This document shows positions 26,405 through 37,599 of a stretch of 64,000 bases of DNA, one piece after another. Location: positions 3,782,001-3,846,000 of the forward strand of contig NC_089433.1 of NCBI RefSeq assembly GCF_026210795.1, written 5' to 3'. The notes under the pieces were generated by a model, which saw only the letters and a program-made list of their open reading frames with translations, did not search any database and was not told the origin of the DNA. The position numbers were made by a program, and so were the translations under genes. The DNA is from Rhizophagus irregularis. Its lineage: Eukaryota. Within the stretch, counting starts at the first letter, position 1. Each line of letters opens with the position of its first letter.

Positions 26405-27510
26405 CCGTGCTTGATGTGTATATATCACGTGCTTGATGATTTTATCCGACTTGACTATATTCGATAAAAAATTAGTTTCTTTGTCAGCACAGGGTTGATA
26501 TTTTGTCAATCACGTTTTTTAAATTTAGCGTAGTTTTAAAGTTTTTTTTTAAATTTTACACGAAGAATTTTTTTTTTATTGGCTTTTATTTTTAATATAT
26601 GCAAAGGCTTTTTTTTTATAGAATTTCTTTGGGAACTTTTTTTAATAAAAAGATTTTTTTTTGATAAAAAATTTCGTTGGAGAATTTTTTTTATTTTGAT
26701 AAATAATTTCGTTAAAGAATTTTATTTGATAGAAATTTCATTGGGGAATTTTTTTTAATAAGATTTTTTTTTGACACCTAATTTGTTGGAACAATTTTTA
26801 ACAGAAGAGATTTTTTTTTTTATAGAGAATTCATAGAAAATTCTCTGAAGAATTTTTTTAATTGGGAAGATTTTTTTTTGATAGATAATTTCGTTGGAAA
26901 ATTTTTTTAACAAGTGAGATTTTTTTTTGATAGAGAATTTCGTTAAGAATTTTTTTTTAATAGAAGGGAGTTTTCCTTGATAAAGAATTTCTTTTGGGAA
27001 TTTTTTTTAATAGGTGAAAGTATTTTTTGACGTAGAATTTTATTAGAGAATTTTTTTTTAATAGGGGAATTGTTTTTGATAGAGAATTTCATTATGATAA
27101 AGAATTTTTCTTTAATAGGAAGATAAATAATTTCGCTGAGAATTTTTATTTTTTTTTGATAGGAATTTCATTATACAGTAGAATTTTTTTTTTTAATGGT
27201 AAGATTTTTTTTTTGATAGACCATTTCGTTAGTAAATTATTTTAACAGGGGAGATTTTTTTTTATAGAGAATTTCGGTAAAGAATTTTTTTTAATAGGAG
27301 GGAAGTTTTTTTTTTGAGATAGAAATTCTTTTGAAAATTTTTTTTAATAGGGAAAATGTGTTTTATGACGGAAGATTTTCGTTAGAAATTTTTCTTTAAT
27401 AGGGGATATTTTTTTTGATTGAGAATTTCACTAGAAAAATGTTTGTTTATTTTTTTGATGGAAAATTTTGTTTAGAAGTCTTAATAGAAAATTTTATTGA
27501 AAATAGTTTT
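26405..27510. repeat. Degenerate poly-T/gatagagaatt repeat block, copy 2
   Basis: Same start motifs, units and end as copies 1 and 3, with more units than copy 1. Confidence 0.85.
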
Positions 27511-27749
27511 TATGCTTAATTTACTATGCTATTTAGGATCCTTGAAGTTACGATATTAAGTTCTGATAAAGTATAGCAGTAAAAAATAATTATATAGAGA
27601 TAATCATGTTGCGGATTACTTTATTGTATATACAGTATTGTAATATTACATAACACTATCCAATTTTCTTAAAAAAATAAGTTTCGCAAATAAAAGAAAG
27701 TATTTTAATTTATAAAAATTAAAATATTACAACTACATTTTTATAAAAT

Positions 27750-28400
27750 TTAAGAATCAGGCCACCATTTTTTAATTGCCTTAAGGGCTTTTTTTAATGG
27801 AGGCTTATATATCATGATGTCATTAGAAACCGGTTCTCGTACTAGTTTCATCTCGGCTTCTTTCAGACTTTGATTATTCTTATGAAACATACTGTTACTT
27901 TTTTCCCTCGCCTTTTGTAATAACTTTATATCTTTGATATCCATTCCATATCTTTATCTTCTAATAATTTATTTCTTTAAATTTCCAACACATACTTTTT
28001 CCTCCTTTGTCAATACCATATTACTACTGAGATATTGGAGACCGTTTTCCGCAAGACGCCATTTTTCTCCATCTCCTAGCTTCGTTATTACCTCGTTCAT
28101 AAATATTCTTATCCAGCTTTTATAGGCACTAAAAAATTTCGTTTTATTTGCTTCATCTTTTAAGTTGTTAATTTCCTGTTCTAGTTCATTTATTTTCCTC
28201 CCTAACTCATCTTTACAGTTAGAGAGTCTGTCCACCATTTCATAAGTATTTTTCAGCATATTCTTTAGTTTTCCTAAGTTACTTAAACATTCATTCATAT
28301 TTCCGTCAATAATATGTCCTTCAATATCTCCCATAAGGTCCGAAGTTTCGTTTTTTAAGACTTCAATCCTCTTCTTCAATACATTTTGTATTTAGTTTGT
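27750..28400 (-). pseudogene. Disrupted copy of the 219-aa coiled-coil protein gene
   Basis: ORFs 27969-28379 and 27750-27944 align to consecutive parts of 35965-36624. A small insertion creates a stop and frameshift at about 27970, and the ATG-containing 5' end is replaced. Confidence 0.85.
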
Positions 28401-29715
28401 TCTGATGAAATTTTAAATTTAGAGTTTACAGTGACAGGAAATTATCTTTAGTTTGTTTATACAATAAAAGAAGGAAGATTATATATATACTTTTTGAATA
28501 CATCGTGACATAGACTCTTTTAAACTTTTGGTGACTTGTAGTGACGTAATACAGCAAATAATATAGATACTTATAGTAAAAAAAGCAATTTATCAATACA
28601 CAAAAAACAATGTTTAATATGGTTTTATGTGGTGATCAACATCATCGCCAAAACACATACAAAAACTTTTTTTAATTTTTCATACAAACGATATCATTTT
28701 ATTTTGGTTTATTTATACCTTGCCGGTGTTTATGAATTTAATCCTAATTGTGTATACATGTGTAATGTACCCAGTCCTTTTATCATGTCCTGCAACAGAC
28801 ATGCTTGTGTCACTCACCAGAAACACTTAGAAAAATATAATTTCGTTCGGAAACCACAGGTGGACGATAATGCTCCAACATCTTCAAAATCCTTACATGC
28901 GACCATCTTGTACAATTCATGGCACAAAAAAAAAAGAAAAACATATATTTTCCCAATGATTGGGTATTTCTTATTCTGTTAAGTACCAAGCAAATGGACA
29001 CTGAAACGTGTTTTCTAAAGGAAACCGTTATATGCATGTATCGAAAATGTTTTGAGAATTTTCAACCTTTACCAGCAAGTCTAAAGACATAAGAACATTT
29101 TTATGATTATGAATCTGGTTATAAAAGGTTTAAATATTGTGTAACTAAATTAATGAAGTTTAATATTTACTTATTTTAATTGTAGTGAAACCTCAGTGAT
29201 TAATAAATACTATTGCATTAAATATAACGTTAGAGATAATGAGTCGCGCAGACACGCAGTAGTACAAACGCAAACGCATGATCGGAATCTCCTAAAACTG
29301 TCCAATGTAATTTTGAATTTGTCATCTGTTTCTAATCATTTTTTCACCGTTGAAATATGGTAAGTTTAAATTTATTAATTGTGTATTTGAGTTATATAAC
29401 AGAATATCTTAAAAATAAGATTTTGAGAGAAAATCCACCATATGTTAATTACCTAATCACGTGATCCTACGTTGAAAAAGTTAAATATTTATACTCGCAA
29501 AAATTTCAATACAACATTTTAACATTTTAATTACTCTTTGCATGAATAATTATTAAATTTGTAATTGATTATACCTTTATAAATATAATAGTATGAAATA
29601 TAAACTGACGTTTAATCAAAGATAAAAATAATTCATTTTACAAAAAAATATAGCTCACGTAATAATATAATATACTAAAACTTTCACAATTTACAATATA
29701 ATCATAATTTAGAAA

Positions 29716-31205
29716 TTATTTCTTAATTATCTGAAATACTTCATAATCTTCCATAGAAAATTTCTTTTCATAATCATCTTGTTGATAAGAAATTGTCTCA
29801 TAATCTATAAATTCATTAGAAGAAGACATAACAATATCACCACCAAATTGTGGACCATGTTCATATTTATAAAATATTGCATAATTTTTATCTTTTACTT
29901 TACTAATAATTACATCTTTAATATGCTTATTTTTAAAAGAAAAAATAAAGCTATCTTCAGTTTTACCATAACTATTGGTAGATTCCCATTTTAAAGGATT
30001 ATATCCACCAAGTATTTCTTCGGTTCCTTCTATTTTAATGAAAGTAACAGTGTTATGTTTACCATCACATAATTCATGAAATTTTTTAGGAGTAAATCCA
30101 TCTCGACTTCCTCTTAATAATAATTTGAATTCGTATGGTAAATATAATTCTCTTAAATGATCATATTTACTATTATTAATAATAACTGTTTTATCAATCC
30201 ATTTTGAAACCATTGAAACTATATCTAAATTGACAATTTTTGAATCAATAATTTTTTCATTTTTAATATTTCTAGGAGGTGAAATGTTATTGGCTGGTTC
30301 ACTATCAGGATCCATATGAGAATTTACTATATCTTCATAGAGCTGATCATTTAAAAGTTTTTTATAGGGACGAACTTTTTTCAAGAATTCTTTAGATGAT
30401 AAACTAAAAAATCTAATTGAAGGTAAAATATGTTGTAGAGTATTTTTCATTTTTTTGAAATCATCATCTGACCAAATACTAGGATCTGGAATGAGAGTTG
30501 GATTTTGTGCAAGTCCCCATTTTAAGACATGTTCCCATACCTCAATTTCTTTCATTTGTAAATCATCCATTTTAATAAGTGAAATTAAAGATTTTTCAGA
30601 AAGTAAAGTGAAATCAAAAGACTTGAATATTTTTTCAGGTGATTGAGCCATAAAATTTATACAAAATTCTTGTAGTTCTAATAAATTATTAGATTGTAAA
30701 ATAATTTTTTGAGTTAATCCGAAATTTTGTTCTATCAATTCGGTTTTATTATTAATTAAATATTTTTGTAAATAATCAACCAGTTCTTGAAGATGAAGGC
30801 TATCTGCAGCGACCAAAACATTAAGAAAGTCTTTTGAAGTATTATGCATATTTAACGAAAGTATACCACCATAAATATAACTGTATTAAAAATATAATAT
30901 TAGAAATTGTATATGATTTATTTTAGGGTATATTGGCATTTTATAACTTACTCTAAAATTATTTGAAATATTTCTGGTGAAATTTTTGGTAATTTTATGT
31001 GAGCTAATATATTATCATTGTTCTTTTTGTTGGAAGCTAAAATTCGTCGTAAATATGGAGAACGGTAGCACAAAATATTCTTATGAGCACGAAATATTTT
31101 TACGTTAGGATCTTCACCAACTTCAATTATAATATCATAATATTCATCATCTTTCAATAATTCAATGTAGTTTTGGCTCAATTTCGTAAAAAATTGAACA
31201 GCCAT
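29716..31205 (-). CDS. BTB/POZ-BACK-TLDc protein, gene F (exons 31205-30952 and 30880-29716; 472 aa), mosaic paralog
   Basis: 71-bp GT-AG intron; open frame; short in-frame deletion near the C-terminus (YEKK-FSMEDYEVF). Confidence 0.9.
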
Positions 31206-32318
31206 TTTATTCCCAATTTATATAAAATACGGAAAAAAGAGAATGTTTATGATAATTTCGTAAAAATGGGAAAATTAAATAGTAAATGATCTGCTATTGC
31301 CCAATCCTATTTTTTATATAGAATTTAGTCATCATGACATAATTGACATATGCTTATTCCAGAATATGCATATGTAAGCATAAGCATACAGCTGAAAATA
31401 TTATTAAAGAAATTAAAATTTAATCAACTTAGGTTAATTTAATTTGTTATATTTTGACTATATTTAATTATACATATCATAGTTAGATTTAAATATTTAT
31501 AAAATCTAAATCATTATAAATATAAGTATAAATCCCCGAAAATAAATCAATTTTTCTTAATTACTTATCTACTATAATTAGAAATGTACTTTATAGTGAC
31601 ATTTTTCCACTGAAAGAGCGAAATTCTTAGATATGCTGCTCCTGTGAAAATAAATACACATCTTTGTTGGAATAATCTTACACGAAGATAAGTAAACGTA
31701 TATACTGTAATTCTCTATTAATAATATATTTTTGTCACTATGCAGCCAATTATGATCATGTCATTTTTAATATACTGATATTTTTTAGATAAATTATTAT
31801 TGCCATAAATATCTTTAATATTTTTGACGCATTACGCCATTTAGTTTAATTTATAGTAAATACCCATTGTTTACCCTGTAAAAATGCGGATCCGTGTTTT
31901 ATATTTCCTTGTTTTTTTCCGTGAATGTATCATTTTCATGGAATTTATAGTCTTAAATCATAAAAAATTTCATCTCTCTAACACGAATATCTATCATTTC
32001 ACAGAGTTTTTACGAAAGCCACGGAGAAATAATGAAAATACTCGGATAAAAATTTTTTATAGGGTACTATGCTAATAAATAATATTGCAGTTATTTATTA
32101 TTTTTTATATGGAATACGATCTTGGACGTCTTTGCAATAATAACACAGTTATTGGTATGGTGGTTAAAATATCATCCGAACTGCGGTGATGTACCCAACA
32201 ACTATATTAATTTGGTAAGTACGGTAAAAAAAATCTGCAGGCTGGCGTATATTATGTGCATAATTTTGACCATATTTGAATATTCTCATTCTTTCCCGTA
32301 TTTTAAAATAAAAAAAAA

Positions 32319-33808
32319 ATGTCGGTTCAATTTCTTTCGAAATTAAGTCAGAATTACATTGAATTATTGAATGATGATGAATATTATGATGTAACAATTG
32401 AAGTTGGTGATGATCCTAACGTAAGAATATTTCGAGCTCATAAGAATATTTTGTGTTATCGTTCTTCATATTTACGTCGAATATTAGCTTCCAACAACAG
32501 GAACAATAATAATAATTTAGTTCATATCAGATTACCAAATATATCACCGGAAAATTTTCAAATTATTTTAGAGTAAGTTATGAAGTTAATTTAATATACA
32601 GTAGCTTAGAATAATATATTATTTCCATATTTATTAAATTTTTGTAATATAGGTATATTTATGGCGGTATTCTTTCATTAAATGTGGATGACACTGACTT
32701 TCTTAAAATTTTGGCCGCCGCAGATAAGCTTAATCTTCAAGAACTAGTTGATTATTTACAAAAATATTTGATTGAAAATGAATCTGAATGGATAGTACAA
32801 AATTTTGGATTTACTAAACAAATTATCTCAAATTCCAATAATTTAGAATTTTGTACGAATTTAATGGCTCAATTTCCCGAAAAAATACTTTTATCATTTA
32901 ACTTTACCTCACTTTCTGAAAGATCTTTAATCTCACTTATTAAAAAGGATGATTTACAAATGAAAGAGGCTGAAATATGGGAACATGTATTAAAATGGGG
33001 TCTTGCACAAAATCCAACTCTCATTCTAGATCCTGAAACTTGGTCAGATGATGATTTCGAGACAATGAAAAATACTTTACAAAACTGTTTGCCTTTAATT
33101 AGATTTTTTAGTTTATCATCTAGAGAGTTCTCACAAAAAGTTCGGCCGTACCAAAAAGTCTTGAAACGAGAACTTTATGAAAATTTAGTAGACTCTTTTA
33201 TGGATCCTGATAGTAAACCAAATGAAAATGTTTTACTTCCTAGAAATATTAAAATTGAGAAAATTATTGATTCAAAAATTGTTACTAGTTTTGGTATTGT
33301 TAAAACTATTTCCAGACAAATTGATAAGATGGATGTCAGAAATAATTTTGCACATTTGAAAGAATCATATAAATTTAAATTATTACTAAGAGGAAGTCGG
33401 GATGGATTTACAGCTAAAAAATTTCATGAATTATGTGATAATAAACCTAATACTGTTACTTTTATTAAAATAGAAGGAACAGAGGAGTTTGTTGGTGGAT
33501 ACAATCCTATAATATGGAAATCTTCTGGTACTTGGGGTGAAACTAAAGACAGTTTTATTTTTTCTTTTAAAAATAACGATGTTAATAATTCAATCATTAG
33601 TAATGTACAAGATAAAAATCATGCAGTAGTTTATAGTCCTAGATTTGGACCACAATTTGGCCGTGATATTTTTATATATTCCTCCAATGAATCTACTGAT
33701 TATAATACATTTCACTATATGAAAAATCATTATGAAAAAAAGATAAGAGATACTGAAACTAGATTTTCTATAGAAGATTATGAAGTATTTCAAATCATAA
33801 GGGGATAG
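32319..33808 (+). CDS. BTB/POZ-BACK-TLDc protein, gene G (exons 32319-32572 and 32653-33808; 469 aa)
   Basis: 80-bp GT-AG intron; open frame; head-to-head with gene F. Confidence 0.93.
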
Positions 33809-34040
33809 TTTAAAATTTTAAGCAAATAATTTTTTATTTTATCTTTTCTTATATATCTAACTGGAATAAATAAAATCTTATACTTAGTTTAAATGAAAAC
33901 AAACGTGATTAAAATCGTTTAAGAATGATACATCTTAGGGATTATTAGCGATCACTATCGGAAAGTAGTAACAGAACAAATTAATTATAATCGATATAAA
34001 GCCATTAGTAACTAAATGTTTATAAATAAAAATAACAGGG

Positions 34041-34241
34041 TTTTATTAAGAAATTAGAAATGGCTAGAGGATTTTATTTTCAAACAAAAGAATACTGCTA
34101 ACTTGGCGCTCTGTAATATTTGTGCTATCTATCATATTATTATTGTTAACTATAAAAGCCACACAAAAAATCTACCTATGTCCGCCCTTTATAATATAAC
34201 TTTCGATTCTTTCAATAAATTTCTGAATTTTTCTGAATGGT
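34041..34241. repeat. Direct repeat, copy 1 (copy 2 at 37045-37203)
   Basis: Shared aaacaaaagaatactg.taact.ggc..tctgtaat, attattgttaacta.aaaa.ccacacaaaaa.tctacctatgtccgccctttataatat and ttctgaattt..c.gaatggt. Confidence 0.8.
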
Positions 34242-34659
34242 TAAATTGTCCATAGTACAATTATCAATCGGTCAATATGTTGACAGTCACCAATAGTTAA
34301 TCTTCTGATATTTAATTCCTCTATTACTAATAACTGAAATACTAACTAAAAGTAAATTTGATAAATAAATAAATAACTTATAACTTACGATCTATTAAAT
34401 ATACTATTTTAATGTTACGAAATTTTTATATAGAATTTTATTAACATTTAATTTTTGATTTTTATGTCATTATTACGTGATTTCGAATTATTTGTTCAGT
34501 TAAATTCGCTAGAATCTCTTATACGGAAATGGACATTGAACTTTAAACATTAACGGTCTATTGAATATTTTTGAATAATTTGGATGAACAAAAATTTTTA
34601 AGAGTAGTGAGGGTTGATCCGGATCTTTTTTGGATATCCAAATTTTGCCGGTTTAAAAA

Positions 34660-35640
34660 CCGTGCTTGATGCTATTATCTTGATGTTCTTATCCATCTAT
34701 GCTTTATATTTTTGTCCGTCTGTGCTTGATGTTTTTGTCAATCACGTTTTTAAGTTCAGCGTAGTTTTAAAAATTTTTTTTTTTTAAATTTTACACGAAG
34801 AATTTTTTTTTGTTGACTTTTTTTTTTTATAAAACAATTTTTGTAGAGAATTTTTATTTTTAATACAGGCAAAGGCTTTTTTTTGATAGAAATTCTTTGG
34901 GAATTTTTTTAATGAAAAGGATTTTTTTTTGATAAAAATTTCGTTAGAGATTTTTTTTTATTGATAGGAACATTTTTGAGTTTTTTTGATAGAGAATTCA
35001 TAGAAAATTCTATGGAGAATTTTTAATAGGGAAGATTTTTTTTTAATAGATACTTGTTAAAAAATTTTCTAGATTTTTTTTAATAGAGAATTTCGTTAAG
35101 AATTTTTTTTTAATAGGAGTGAGTTTTCCTTGATAAAGAATTTCTTTTGGGAATTTTTTTAGTAGGTGAAAGTATTTTTGACGGAAAATTTTATTAGAGA
35201 ATTTTTTTTAATAGAGGGATTGTTTTTGATAGAGAATTTCATTAAAGAATTTTTCTTTAATAGGAAGATAAAGATAAATGATTTCACTGAGAATTTTTTA
35301 ATGGTAAGATTTTTTTTTTTTTTGATAAATCATTTCGTTAGTAAATTTTTTTAACAGGGAGATTTTTTTTTTAGAGAATTTCCGTAAAGAATTTTTTTTC
35401 AATAGGAGGGGAGTTTTTTTGATTGAGAATTTCAATAGAGAATTGTTGGTTGAAAAGTTTTTTTTGATGGAGAATTTTGTTTAGAAGTCTTAATAGAAAA
35501 TTTTATTGAAAATAGTTTTTTTAATAAGGGTATCGAGAATTTTGGCTTGAAATTTTTTTTTCTTAATAAAAAATTTCATTAGAGATCTTTTTTTTATAAA
35601 AAATTGATTGAAAATTTATTGGAAAATTTTTTATTAAATT
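34660..35640. repeat. Degenerate poly-T/gatagagaatt repeat block, copy 3
   Basis: ccgtgcttgatg start, ttttgtcaatcacgttttt..agcgtagttttaa segment and the same repeat units as copies 1 and 2. Confidence 0.85.
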
Positions 35641-35964
35641 TTACAATTTTAATAAATTTCTATATATATATATATATTTTATGAATATTATAAAAATAAA
35701 TAGTTTGCTAGCGGTATATAAAAATTTGCTTAATTTACTATGCTATTTAGGATTCCTTGAAGTTACAACTATTAAGTTCTGATAAAGTATAGCCGTAAAG
35801 GCGTGAAAACTATATAGAGATAATCATGTTGCGGATTACTTATACAGTATTGTAATATTACATAATACTATGATCAAATTTTCTTAAAAAAAGAAGTTTC
35901 GCAAATAAAAGAAAGTATTTTAATTTATAAAAATTAAAATATTACAACTATGTTTTTATAAAAT

Positions 35965-36624
35965 TTAAGAATCAGGCCGCCATTTTTTAATTGCCTTAAG
36001 GGCTTTTTTTAATGGAGGCTTATATATCATGATGTCATTAGGAATCGGTTCTCGTAGTTTCATCTCGGCTTCTTTCAGACTTTGATTATTCTTATGAAAC
36101 ATACTGTTACTTCTTTCCCTCGCCTCTTGTAATACCTTTATATCTTTGATATCCATTCCGATGTCTTTATCTTCTAATAATTTTTTTAAATTTTCAACAC
36201 ATACTTTTTCCTCCTTTGTCAATACCATATTATTACTGAGATATTGGAGACCGTTTTCCGCAAGACGCCATTTTTCTCCACCTCCTAGCTTCGTTATTAC
36301 CTCGTTCATAAATGTTCTTATCCAGATTCTATAGACACTAAAAAATTTCGTTTTATTTACTTCATCTTTTAAGTTGTTAATTTCCTGTTCTAGTTCATTT
36401 ACTTTCCTCTCCAACTCATCTATACAGTTGGAGAGTCTGTCCACCATTTCATAAGTGTTTTCCAGCGTATCCTTTAGTTTTCCTAAGTTACTTAAACATT
36501 CATTACTATTTCCGTCAATAATATGTCCTTCAATATCTTCCATAAGGTCAGAAGTTTCGTTTTTTAAGACTTCAATCCTCTTCTTCAATACATTTTGTAT
36601 TTGGTTAGTACTTGGAGCATTCAT
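35965..36624 (-). CDS. Hypothetical 219-aa protein with N-terminal coiled coil and helical C-terminal domain
   Basis: Intact single-exon ORF; heptad pattern (IDELERKVNELEQEINNLKDEVNK); diverged paralog at 27750-28400. Confidence 0.8.
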   Translation of the reverse strand: MNAPSTNQIQNVLKKRIEVLKNETSDLMEDIEGHIIDGNSNECLSNLGKLKDTLENTYEMVDRLSNCIDELERKVNELEQEINNLKDEVNKTKFFSVYRIWIRTFMNEVITKLGGGEKWRLAENGLQYLSNNMVLTKEEKVCVENLKKLLEDKDIGMDIKDIKVLQEARERSNSMFHKNNQSLKEAEMKLREPIPNDIMIYKPPLKKALKAIKKWRPDS

Positions 36625-37044
36625 GATTATGGAATGGTGTCGCGTTATATGTCGAGGGTATGTCCGAGGAAATTTTTAGAGTTTACAGTGACAGGAAATT
36701 ATCTTTAAGTTTGTTTATAAAATAAAAGAAGGAAGATCATATATATATACTTTCTGAATACATCGTGACATAGATTCTTTTAAACTTTTGGTGACTTGTA
36801 GAGACGTAATACAGCAAATAATATAGAAAAAAAGTAATTTATCAATACACGAAAAAAATGATTCATTAGATTTTTGATTCTCCGACAGGATATTTATTAA
36901 AAAAGGTGAATTAATGTTACGTAATTTTAGGTCACACGAGTGACCACATTTGACTAATCAGAATGACTTTTTCAAATGTGATGGGTGCTGCGGCTGCGCC
37001 ATCAATTTGACACATTTCAGATTTGTAATAAAAAACGTAGTGTG

Positions 37045-37203
37045 TTTTATTAAGAAATGGTTTATTTTTAAACAAAAGAATACTGTTAACTCGGCTTTCT
37101 GTAATAATATTATTGTTAACTACAAAATCCACACAAAAACTCTACCTATGTCCGCCCTTTATAATATTCAACTTTCGACGATTTTCTGAATTTTCCGAAT
37201 GGT
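37045..37203. repeat. Direct repeat, copy 2 (copy 1 at 34041-34241)
   Basis: Same shared blocks as copy 1. Confidence 0.8.
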
Positions 37204-37599
37204 CAATGAGAAAAAATATATTGTTTATTTATACTTCATAGTCTTGGTATGATGATCATAATTTTCAACACATTAGAGTCTTTTAGACTGATTTTTCTTA
37301 AGTCTTGATCATAATGGCTGCTTTTAAATATAAAATTTGAGTTTGCACAGCATCATGATAAAGGGCAGCTCAATGGATTGTGTGGATTAAAGAGTAATGA
37401 TACATTAAAAAATAGTAATGATTGGTGATAATAAATAAAGTGGTCTGACTTTTTACCAGGGATTTTCTATATTATATAGATACCTATTAGAATTTCACTA
37501 TTGATTCAAAGTTGTATTTTTTTCGGCTTTATCTTTATTCTCATAATTTTTATTTTTTATTTTTATTAAACAGTAATAGTTAGCATATAGTTAGCATAT

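Noticed and set aside
28629..29037. 117-aa and 75-aa overlapping ORFs
   Set aside because: No recognisable domain or paralog support; likely chance ORFs or relic sequence.
29716..30100. Diversity-generating retroelement as the cause of TLDc variability
   Set aside because: No intact reverse transcriptase and no template/variable repeat pair with adenine-specific differences was seen; duplication and recombination explain the pattern.
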